Positions 49,444 to 60,459 of a DNA stretch of 64,000 nucleotides are shown here, one piece after another; position 1 is the stretch's first letter, and the number at the start of each line of letters is the position of its first letter. The notes under the pieces were generated by a model, which saw only the letters and a program-made list of their open reading frames with translations, made no database searches and was not told the origin of the DNA. Position numbers and translations under genes: made by a program. The stretch is from Tubulanus polymorphus (lineage: Eukaryota > Animalia > Nemertea): the NCBI RefSeq assembly GCF_964204645.1, contig NC_134028.1, positions 7,006,001 through 7,070,000 on the forward strand, read 5' to 3'.

Positions 49444-52399
49444 ATGGTTTCGCTGTTTGTTAGCGGGCTTTTGTTAATTTGTTCAGTCCAGGTAACAAAA
49501 ATAACTTTCGCATTATCTGAGCTGAGCTGCGCCGAAATCATGAAAATTATGGAGAGCGTCACAATATTTACCAATCGATGCACGTAGACGATAGGCTATC
49601 TGAACTTGACAGAAAAAAGATTCGGCTCAACCGAGGCCCGTTGTTCCATAAAATGATGTAAACTGATTTTAAGGTGAATGAAATGTTATCGTTTTCAGTT
49701 TCAGGCCAGGGCTGCGACTTATACAGGTAAAAACGTAAACTGTTTTTATTTAATATGGCTCGAGGATTTCAATTCATTAATATTGTATAAGCTATGATCT
49801 GGATCTTTTCTGGGCGTCTACGAATTTACATGGACAAATCACATGTTTTACATATATATTGCGGAATCTGCAGAAGACCTACGTAGGTATTTAAACTTAA
49901 ATGTCCATTTCAATTTTATTCAAGCTCGGTCCGAAGGAAGCATTGCAGGGAGCCAAAATGTAACGCGAAACGTAAGTATAGGTTCATTCCTACTTTCCAA
50001 AATATATCCACATACTTTAGGCGGGACATTGGTTTAAACGTGAATTGTGTAATCGAAGATTTTTGATTGCTGTTGTCGGAATATGAGTTTCACATTTTAG
50101 GTCAGAAATGCCGTAAATAGTAATCAGCGTTGGCCGCATGGAGTCGTACCTTACCTGTTAACAGGATTCAGTAAGTCACCGCCCACTTGTGAAATATCTA
50201 TTGAATATCTATCTGCACACACGGGAAAAGTTTCTTATGATGAAAACTGAATTGTTTTATCAAGGTGGGAATGAGCAGGCGAAAATAGAGCATGCGGTGC
50301 AAATGTTGAATTACTTGGTGAACAAAGGGAGATCGTATAGATCAGATTGCATTCGTTTCAAACCACGAACATCCCAAACTGACTACGTGAAAATACAAAA
50401 GGGAAAAGAGTGAGTTCCCAACTGACGTGAATAGTGAAACGAATGATCGGCTGGTTTTCACTCTTATTTCTTGAAACAATTCATACATACTTAATTATAC
50501 TGTATATAAACAATTACATGTATATAAACGTACCCATCTTTTTTTCTGATAGATGTAGTTCTTCAATTGGAAAGATCGGTGCCGTTCAGTCGGTTTCGCT
50601 GAATAGTGAATGCTTGGACAAAAATGGTGTGATCCGCGAATTGATTCACGTTCTTGGATTCGGTTATGAACAAAACAGACCGGATCGGGATCAGTTTGTA
50701 GCCGTCAACTGGGACAACGTCAAACCAGGTGAGCCTATAGTCGAAGCATCCTCACTATGTCTTAACTTCACGAATCCTCGCGATTTATTCGTGAAATTTC
50801 ATGCCGTGTTTTTTGTCATTACGCAGAGTATAAGGATAGTTTCAAGATAGAGGAGAAAAGTGTCACTTTAGGCGTACCCTACAACTACCGTTCGGTGATG
50901 CATCTCAATAGGTATCAATTCAGTAAAAATGGAAAACCGACGCTGACACCAAAACGAACGGGAGAACTGATGGGCGGCGGAGTACTGCAACCACTCGACG
51001 TTAAGAAGATTAGAATATTGTATAAATGCACCCCGTACGAACCGGAAACAGGTAAACCAGTAAGGCCATGCGAAGTGCTTTCCCCGGACCCACAGTAAAG
51101 CCCGCCGCACACGGCATAACATTCGTTTCACCGAAACAGAAAACACGTTTTCACACAACGCGAACGATAAAACGTTCAACGCATGAAATAACAAAACACA
51201 TCGAACCCGTTTTTGACGAGGAAAAAAACGTTTTTGTTCAGTGCCGCCTGCGACGGGCTTAATCGTCTCTTTCTGCGCAGAGTAACGCCAACCGTCCCCC
51301 TCCTCTCACAGCCAAAACTGTAAAACTGCGTCACACATTGAACCATCTCATGACATACTGATCCTTTTGGAATAATCAAGATTCATCATTAGGAGCGCAG
51401 ATCGCATGTTCTAGATGAACTGTTTTTTAGAATGCTGGGGTACGCGTTTGCCGATGCTGGGTCCATTTTTACGTATATCATCTTCAGCAAGTTCATTTTT
51501 CGGCGCTTAGTTGCTGTAGTGTTTTGATTATCGCGAATCCTCGTTAACATTTTCAGATATTTTCGGGATGAGGAAATCAGAATACAAACAACAAGCCGGT
51601 CCCGATATAAAGGGAATCCGAGCGTACGACGGAGGATCGTGTAAAGAGGCCTGCATGCGAAACCACCCGGCATGCGTTGCGTCAACTTTCAACGTGAAAA
51701 CTAAATCGTGTTACTTACATAGCGCTCTGCGAAAATTGAAATCCTCTAGCGATTGTATTTACTTCAAGAAATTCGACCATTCCAGTAAGTATAATGAATA
51801 AAAACATGTATATCAACTTGAGAACTGCCAGGATTGACAAACTGTCCGCAGGTATGACGATGGAGCGTCACGCAAGTAAGTCAAGGATGTAAACTCGATT
51901 TCCTAAAATATCTTTATTTTTTTCAAATTTACATCGGTCTATCTGTATACGACAGTAATTCGTTGTTTCTTCGCACGAAAATGTTAAGAAATAAAACCCG
52001 AATTCATATTGCAGGAAATGACATCTAAAAGCATCAATTTCTAAACATTTCCTGGCAGAGTCGAAGGGTTTACGCCAGTTCTAGGGTTCTGCAACAACGA
52101 ATTTCATCTAATGAAAAGTTCGACCCTTTCAAATCTTCTAGATGTCCCTGGGTGATTGATACTACGCATATCTAATTTCAGAATGCCAAATGACCGAACT
52201 TCGAAGTACTGGAGTGGCCGGAACGGTTTTGTACACATTGACTTTGGAAAGTGCCGGTATGTGCAGAGACAGTTGCCGCGTCGATGAAGAATGTCTAGAA
52301 GCAACTTATCGCACTGACTCGAGAAAATGTTTCTTCATGGCGAAATCCATTGCTAGATTCATAGATCAAAAACGAATACATTTCATAAAACAATGTTAG
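49444..52399 (+). CDS. Predicted catalytically inactive astacin-like protein with two PAN/Apple domains, copy F (~395 aa pseudo-protease)
   Basis: Exons 49444-49491 (MVSLFVSGLLLICSVQ), 49705-49726, 49874-49882 (uncertain; ancestral 49865-49882), 49925-49971 (SEGSI), 50101-50170 (RNAV...WPHGVVPY), 50265-50409, 50553-50728 (RELIHVLGFGYEQNRPDRD), 50827-51051 (SVMHL), 51557-51784 (PAN1), 52182-52399 (PAN2, TAG). Intron phases match A-E and the frame is open. Confidence 0.88.
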
Positions 52400-52725
52400 A
52401 CATAATTTGTTCATTACCGTTGCTGAATGGGCGGAAAAAATTCCTTCGCTATGATGAAAAACAAAAACGCTTGAAGTTTCTTTCGAAATATTTAATGGGC
52501 TGATATATAAAATGTAATCTAAGATTTAAACTACATGTACTGTTAGTTTCAATGCGATAGTGAAATGAACCCCTTCTTAAAATGTGGCCCTGAAATTTTA
52601 CGAGAAAATGAAAAATACAAGCTGATACCTAACAAAGTGTAAATTCATTAGCTTGTATTTCCAAAACGGGTAAATGTTCTCCGATGAGCTTAGTTGGCGT
52701 TTGGGGTGCTAATTTTAGACGAAAT

Positions 52726-52811
52726 CACAGGGGCTCGTATCTGAAGAATACCTTGCATATTGGATGATCTAAGCAACAGTTCGCCCCAAACTTCAAATAC
52801 GAGCCCCTGTG
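52726..52811. mobile_element. Short MITE (CACAGGGGCT TIR family)
   Basis: CACAGGGGCTCGTAT...ATACGAGCCCCTGTG; a longer relative lies at 54931-55106. Confidence 0.7.
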
Positions 52812-53401
52812 TGGATGAAATGATTGACATTTCGCTATAGAATGGCTATTTTTGCGAAAAATCATCATGGCATTTTGGTGCGCCGACGAATACAATGAGC
52901 TAGGACTCCATCAAAGTGGAAACACTGGCTCTGACTCTTGGTTACACCTACGAGCAATTTAGAATATTTGCCCGCCAGATTACACCGGGACTCAATTGAC
53001 CCCGCTGACTACCTGACTAATAAACGAGGATGCACTGATTCGGGCCGCATGGCGTAGATCCAACGTACGGTGCTGCCAACATTCTCATTAATTTTGACAC
53101 CAGGTGGTGCATCGTTCGAAAATCAACCGGCGTCAACAGAAATTGATTTTCCTTATAGAGTGAGGAGTCCTTCTCTATATTTGAAATATTCCGGTAAGTA
53201 TTTGGTCGCTTGCCTTGAAGGGAGTGAGAGGTGCGGATCTGCACTTTTACCAAATTCTTTTTTCTCTAACTACGTTAGCATACGTCATAAGCCGGGCCTA
53301 AGCTTACGTACAATGTAATAGCATTTTATTTTCGATTGGCATCGATCTTTCTGGGATATTTCGTTTAATTTTTGGCGTACAAACCTCAAATACGTCTTTA
53401 A

Positions 53402-54210
53402 CCCTTTCAGTGCTGATAAATCTAAACCCTATAGTGCTGAAGATAATTTGAAAATTTTGAAAAATTCCATATCTAGTGTGTTGAATAACGGGAATTCCAC
53501 TATATACGGTGATACTAGCCGAAAGCGTTGTTCAACTGCAATGTACAATAGACAATAGTAACCCAGTACTGTGCTGACAAAAAGGGATCACGATAAATTA
53601 TGACAAAACAAAAATATTAATTTTCAGAAATTCGTCGAGTGTATAATCCTATTTTAACTATTGATGGACGTGTCATAGAATGTTTAAACTCATTTTAATA
53701 CCTAGGTCTTATGTTCAATTCCAACGGAAAGTATAATACTGCTATTAACTATATTGCTGATCGGAGTAATTTCGGCTTTTTTCTCTTTTAAGAAATGTAT
53801 GCTCAAGTTCCCAGACATGGCACCCAGACATTTAGCCTTGAAATTTGAATAGTCTGGTCATTCCAGTTTTGAATTATGGGTGCCAAGTCCGGGGATTTTG
53901 GCAAGAAAAGAAATTAGAACGCATAGTTACTAGATTTTATAAGTCGAGCGATCGACTCCTGATTATTTTGTTAATGGAGAACTGGGTCGATATCCCACAA
54001 TAAAGATATTATTATTATTATTATTACTACATTGCATCTACATAGCGGTGCAGTGTATTGTTAGTTACTAATATTTCACTATTTTTGATAGGTGCTACGA
54101 TCTTTCACTATAGGTAAAAACTAATTACATCAATACACCGCAGTGCGGTGTAGGAGCAAAATCCATCACTGTTTTATACACCACACTGCGGTGTAGATGC
54201 ACTGAAAGGG
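53402..54210. mobile_element. piggyBac-like non-autonomous element with TTAA target duplication
   Basis: TTAA|CCCTTTCAGTGC...GCACTGAAAGGG|TTAA. About 550 bp longer than the 11182 copy, suggesting a nested insert. Confidence 0.8.
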
Positions 54211-54930
54211 TTAACGAATCAGTACAGTTGTGCAGTCCAGATAAATCATTGTTTTTATACCCATTTTGTACCGATTTGAAGGATTGATAATATTCTCGAA
54301 AATTTTAGTAGGCTACATTTTTCTATCTACGCTACCAGTAGGCCCTAAATAAAAGGCTTTACGCCTTTATTTCATCTTATTCATTCTTAAAGATAGATTT
54401 TGTCACTTTGGTATTAAGGATGATTTGTTCAGATTTTATTTTTGGACGCCTGTAGTTCCCAAAAAAACACTGGTTCAGGTTGTATTGTATGGGGGATTAG
54501 TGACCTAGTCGTTGGTGGTAAGCCTTATATAATCAGATGGGCTTAAAGTATGGTTTGTGAAAATATCTGATCGTGAAACTAAACCACAGACAGGTTACTG
54601 ACTAGGGGAACCTCTGTCTGTACACTGTCGCTGAATCCAATAGCCTACATAGTTTTCAAAGTGAAAAAAGGTGGATGCCAATGAATGGGATAGCTCGTTG
54701 AATGAATTACTTATTAGAATTGAAGGACTCGGCATAAGATATTGTTTTGTGTATTTAATAACTGACTTCGAAATTGCTTCTGGGAACTGTTCATTGTGTA
54801 ATGATTAGTGTGAACAGTCAAAGCCTATATACATACGGTAGATTACTGACATTTTGCTTGACATGACTACTGGAATGTTTTATTTTCCCCCTGGAATTCC
54901 AGTTGGCCCGAGGTATAAAAACCCTAAGAC

Positions 54931-55106
54931 CACAGGGGCTTGTATATGAAGTTTGGGGGTAAACTGTAGCTTAGATCATCCAGTATCCCTGGTACTATAT
55001 ATATATAAGAAGAATATTCGATAATTTTCTTTTTATACACAGTACCAGGGATACTGGATGATCTAAGCTACAGTTTACCCCCTAACTTCAAATAGGAGCC
55101 CCTGTG
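54931..55106. mobile_element. Fold-back MITE upstream of UCHL5
   Basis: Inverted arms with a perfect core GGGGGTAAACTGTAGCTTAGATCATCCAGTATCCCTGGTACT / AGTACCAGGGATACTGGATGATCTAAGCTACAGTTTACCCCC. Confidence 0.8.
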
Positions 55107-55260
55107 CCTTAGATGAGTATCTAACCTAACCTTTAACTTCATAGCGCCACGTGGACTAAACTGCTTGGTGAGACCCAGGAATCTAATTTTTCTCAATTTT
55201 CTTGCATCTTTTTTTTCGCAGGAAAGTTTCCTCATCTTTGAAAAGGAAAGAATCATTCGA

Positions 55261-56244
55261 ATGGCGTCTCCGGCCGGCGATTGGTGTCTGATCGAAAGCG
55301 ATCCGGGCGTTTTTACCGAATTGATCCGCGGTTTCGGCGTCAAAGGAATCCAAATCGAAGAACTGTGGAGCTTGGACACGGACAGTTTGAAAGCGTTGAA
55401 ACCGGTGCACGGTTTGATATTCCTGTTCAAATGGAAACAGGACGACGAAACGCAAGGCTCGGTCGTACGCGACAGTCGCCTCGATAAGATATTCTTCGCG
55501 AAGCAGGTCATCAACAACGCGTGCGCGACTCAGGCGATCCTGAGCGTGCTGTTGAACTGTCAACACAAGGACATCGAACTCGGCGAGACGCTCGGCCAGT
55601 TCAAAGAGTTCACGCAGTCGTTCGATCCGGCGACGAAGGGCCTGTCGATCAGCAACTCTGACGTCATTAAAAGCGTTCACAACAGCTTCGCGCGGCAGCA
55701 GATGTTCGAATTCGACCACAAAATGGCGACGAAAGACGACGACGTGTTTCATTTCGTCGGTTACTTGCCGATCGACGGACGGTTGTACGAGTTGGACGGA
55801 CTGAAAGACGGCCCGATCGATCTGGGTGCGGTCACCGACGGCGGCGACTGGCTCGATTTCATCAAACCGATCATCGAACAGCGCATTCAGCGGTACAACG
55901 CCGACGAAATCCATTTCAATTTGATGGCCGTCGTTTCCGACCGAACGATGATCTACCAACGACGCATCGACGAGTTATCGTCGGGCGGTCGCGCGGCGGA
56001 CGACGACAGCGCGATGGAAACGGACGCGGCGCACGCGGAAATCGAGCGGTACCGCGCGCTCATCGACGACGAGAAGCGAAAAACGCTGCGACACCGCAAC
56101 GAGAATATCCGTCGCCGGCACAACTATCTGCCGTTCATTATCGAACTGTTGAAAATTCTCGGCAAAGACGAAAAACTCGTGTCGCTCGTCGAAAAAGTGA
56201 AAGAAAGTCAGGAGAAGAAAAAACTCGAAAACGGCAACAAATAG
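55261..56244 (+). CDS. UCHL5: Ubiquitin carboxyl-terminal hydrolase L5 (UCH37), single-exon CDS, 327 aa
   Basis: MASPAGDWCLIESDPGVFTEL; QVINNACATQA (catalytic Cys), VFHFVGY (His), LYELDGL (Asp); C-terminal ULD motif ENIRRRHNYLPFIIELLK. AATAAA at 56393-56398. Confidence 0.97.
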   Translation: MASPAGDWCLIESDPGVFTELIRGFGVKGIQIEELWSLDTDSLKALKPVHGLIFLFKWKQDDETQGSVVRDSRLDKIFFAKQVINNACATQAILSVLLNCQHKDIELGETLGQFKEFTQSFDPATKGLSISNSDVIKSVHNSFARQQMFEFDHKMATKDDDVFHFVGYLPIDGRLYELDGLKDGPIDLGAVTDGGDWLDFIKPIIEQRIQRYNADEIHFNLMAVVSDRTMIYQRRIDELSSGGRAADDDSAMETDAAHAEIERYRALIDDEKRKTLRHRNENIRRRHNYLPFIIELLKILGKDEKLVSLVEKVKESQEKKKLENGNK

Positions 56245-57759
56245 AGATGAAAAATTAGAAATCTCTCGTCAACCCGGAGGACTTTATATTAAGGAATCAA
56301 AAATCGTAAATTTTCTTCGATGTTGTGTATCATATTCAGTGCTATTCTTGTTGATATGTTTCACGATCACTTTCAAAGGGGCAAATTAAGTGAATAAATA
56401 TCAAGTTTAAAATAAGTTTTAGTCTTTGTAGAATTTTGTGTTGACCTATTTAGGGCCGATTATATAGACCGGTTTAATTACAAGCCCGCTGGGGTCAGTT
56501 CTGCAAATCTGCAGTTCTAGCCGACTGAAATATTAAACCAATGAGTCCTATCAACTGACCAGAAAAGTTTGGAATTTGGAAAATTCAGCTAAAAACCTAC
56601 AAAACTGGGAAGTTGGATATCGACGACGCATTTCTTTTATGAATGTATTGTTTATCGTTACGTTTAAAACCAATAAATTTCTCCATTCACATGCCGATTC
56701 ACTGGGGGTAATCATTTGCATTTGGTAAACGGTCCCTGTTCCCGACCGACCGTTCCCATTACCCAAAAGTACATAAGTACCGTAACAAAATGGCGGCTAG
56801 CAACTGTAAAATGGTTTATTACAGTAACCACCGTATGGAAAATCAGGGAATTTTATCAATGGACGGAAAGTGGCCATTCTGATAATGATTGACAGTCGTT
56901 TCTTCTTGCATCGTACCTCCCGAATAACGGAATGGTGCAGTCAATGTGCCACAATCCTTAAACGCGTTAGGCCCATCTGAAACTGAAATTGACTACTATA
57001 TTTTGCTAGGCGTTGACCTGGGATCCGAATTGTAGCGACGAGGGCTTAGTTCACTAGAGATTGTCACAATGACACATTGCTTTTTTTATGTCCGGTAAGC
57101 TTTTATGCAGCGTTACTTCTGTTTTCTGGTCATTCCCCCCGATGATTGCTGTTTGTCAACAGCCGATACATTGTGGTTTCAAAATGATAAATCTTGTCGT
57201 ATAAAATTCGAATTGCGGGACTTCTTCGATTAAAAACAATACAAACTGTCGGGCTAACTTTAGACGTAACAACTGTATGATATTTGCAAGGCACAACTCT
57301 TACCAACTCGTGAGGCTTTATAATAAAAATGACAAAAACCTTTATTAGAAAAAAGTTAACAATAATAAAGTTAGAAGGTGTTGATTGATGGATACATCAC
57401 CGTGTGTGTGTTTTTGATACATCATTAATTAAGATAGTCGGTATATAACAAAAATCGAGCTTCACACAAATGACATGGAATATAGAGAGCATATTATCGA
57501 TTAAGTTATTCTTTTTAGTGATTTTTATCAAATTCATATCAGCTTCGAGGAGCCGGGGTTTCATGCATGACCCCGGAACCGAATAAAATACGCAAAATAT
57601 ATTTACATATATCGTGCATATAGCACTGATCTCGTGGTCCGGGGAATTTTAAACCGGAATGGTGGAAAGACTTTTCTCTAATGACCAAAGCTTCCTTAAG
57701 CGAGTTAATTTTTCAGATATACGTGTGTATTTATTTCGTCGCTAAATTTTTCTGTGGCG

Positions 57760-60459
57760 CTAAATCGTCGTTCCGATCGAGCTGAGGTGGTGATGGTGTT
57801 GATAAGACTGGCCGTGGCTCGTGCTCGGCGCGAAGTCCAGGTCCCGTTCTTTGATCACGTCCCGTTGCAAAATCAAATCGACCTTGTGCTCCAAACCGGG
57901 AATGAGTCGAATCATGTCTTCCACGTCGGCGTGACGTCGCAAATACAGAGATATCTGGCACATGGCGGCTATTTGACTGCATACGTACGCGGAACCGCAA
58001 AACATAAACGACCAACCGTACTCGTACGAAAACATCGGGGGATTGTCGCCCTTAGCGGGCGGCACGTGGTTCATTTCATCGTTTAGAGTACTGATATATA
58101 GTATAATCCCGAGAGCCAGTATCATTCCTGAAATTAGAAATTAATGAATTATGCAATGGAGATATGTAGGCTGAATAATGACCAGTTTTATGACGTTCGG
58201 CAGTGGAAGCTATTTGCCAATGAAGCACCGCCGCGTTCAGAGCTTCCGTGGGTTGAGCATGTTTTTATCGCGACTATCGTAGAAGTGGATTTAGCAGAGA
58301 TAGATAAAGGCATATCTCGGATAAGGTGGGTCTTTCCCTCGGTTTCAGATATTTTAGAAGAAATAAACCCAAAAAGATGCAATTTCGTGAGGTTGAGCGT
58401 CAAATTTATGGGTTTTCGCGACTTCTGCCTTGACGAAAATCACAAACTCGATTGGAATGCAGGGGTCTGGACCCCGAGACCACCCCTTAACCAGCCTTCG
58501 TTATTCCACAGTGTTACCGGCACGCCGAAACCCGAGGCGCCCGTTGAAAAACCGACAGTTAATATGAATGAGAACTCAGAACGCCTGGTGCATTCCCCAT
58601 GACTACATTGCTAGATTATTCCTGGTTAAAAATCAATTCCTTAAATCCAAGATTGATTTGACCCGTTCTCGCTAATCCTTCCCGCCGGAAACGAAAAAGC
58701 CGATGTATTTTTTTGTTGTCGACCGCATAGTGACATTTTGTTCAGTGAAGCGATCTTGATTCTGTGATGTTCTCCACGTTACCGAGGCAAGTGATGATGA
58801 ATTTTGTGCGAGATAAAAGAAAGTAGCAATTATTATTGGTTATCTGTCAACTGAACATGATAGAGAACTTGCGTTTAGCGGGTGTCTGGTGTCAGCAATG
58901 CACATACATCAGCCTGTAGCTTCTGGTATAGTCTTCAGAAATGTCGACAGAGGAGTTTACTTACTTCTGGAATACATCGTGTTATATCTACAATTTCTAC
59001 ATGTTTTTTCGTTGCATCCGTGTCTATACCCCACGAAATGACGCGAATGAACGGGGTCCGTTATATACATATATGGATTTCCGACTGAAAACGGCTTTAT
59101 ATGGATTTAATCGAACTACAGTGGACTCCCCTCAAGTCGGATCCTATCAACTCGGATGTTTTTTCAAATATTTTATGTGAAACTATACACGAAATACATA
59201 ACATCCAACTCTGATATCACTCTAAGGTCCGACGCGGCGTCTAGTGTATTTCGATTCGTTTCAGGAATCAGTAAAGGCCCTGTGGTTAGAAATAGGTTAA
59301 TCCAAATGATAAGTCGTATACGTGTAGCCTTAGGGACAAGAATAGATGAGAGACATCGTCGAAAAACTGTGGTCTAGCCAAATATAGCTTCATTTTTGCA
59401 TTGATAACACTCTCAAAGACCTTTGGCATAAAGCTGGATTTAATACCCGGCGAGTAAAGCGAAATGATAAGCCTCTTATTTATGTGCAGCACTCGACTTG
59501 CAGATGTAAAAAAACGCACGATAAACGGAACGAATCGTCTGTCCGAATAGTCCCGCAACAACGAAACAGGTTTCAGAACCGAACAGATTTCCCAAGCGGG
59601 CCAAATGCTAATACATCGGAATTCACGAGCGTCTGGGAGTTTGAAAGAAGTGATTTTGATAACGAGGGATAATTTTATTACCGCTAACGTTTGCAGTATC
59701 TAGTTTTATACCGCGGAGAAAACTCTTCAGCCGAATACGTCATCCGTGTCTTCTTATGCGGCCTCATCTTTCAGTAACATTATTCCAAAAAGGGGGAAGT
59801 GCATGCCCGCGGTTCCTTGCCGAGTTTTTTATTCCGCTTGTGGCAGAATCTTCTATTGAGAGTTCTCCACCCGAATGACTAGCTTCGAGTCGTGATGGAC
59901 AGGGTTTTTCTTTCAGTCGTAGTTCTCTGGTTCAAACGCTTAAAACATGATAAATTATGCATCCGAAAATCCATTTAAGATATGCTCAATGGCTTTACAT
60001 CAAAAGAACTAGGGGGGGGGCTAGGTACCGGTAAATAAAGTACTAAGGTTGAGTACGTGAAGCCTATATACCCGGTGGATTAACAAGATCGTTTAGGAAT
60101 CTAAATGTTATAAGGATTAGGATTTTAAACTAAATACAATATTGGTTTGGGAGCCAGTGAAGGCCATGAAGAATTAGCGTGATTTGACAGAATCTGGATT
60201 TGCGAGTTGATACAACACGAACAGAATAGCTTTCCCTGTTTTTTGGCTGGTAGTTTTTCATAATCTGATTCGAGCCAGCGGAATAAAAAAGTGACCCGCA
60301 CTATGACCTTGACCATATACTAACCGGAAGTGATGTAAATGACGGCTGCTACGATGGTCTTCATATCTTTTTTTAGGTATCCACAAGCGCTGACAATGAA
60401 TCCAATTACTAGCAGCACTAAACTGAAACCAGGCATCGGGGCTATCGACTGGAATGCGA
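57760..60459 (-). CDS. TARP / voltage-dependent calcium channel gamma-5/7-like (claudin/PMP22 superfamily), last two exons, 5'-partial
   Basis: Exon 60325-60459 (AFQSIAPMPGFSLVLLVIGFIVSACGYLKKDMKTIVAAVIYITSG; TM2 to start of TM3) splices in phase 1 to 57760-58127 (GMILALGIILYISTLNDEM...FSYEYGWSF...; TM3-TM4; C-terminal -TTI). The LYIS..NDE and Y.YGWSF motifs are typical of CACNG/TARP. Confidence 0.85.

Noticed and set aside
51068-51262. 64-aa ATG ORF in intron 8 of F
   Set aside because: No recognisable motif or splice support, and no counterpart in the paralogs.
55165-55260. 32-aa N-terminal extension of UCHL5 in the ORF track
   Set aside because: TTG start that crosses a polypyrimidine tract and acceptor; the conserved start is the ATG at 55261.
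55183-55959. 258-aa ORF antisense to UCHL5
   Set aside because: Expected shadow of GC3-rich codon usage.
58144-58602. 152-aa plus-strand ORF in the TARP intron
   Set aside because: No recognisable domain, and it includes MITE-like GGGGTCTGGACCCC sequence.
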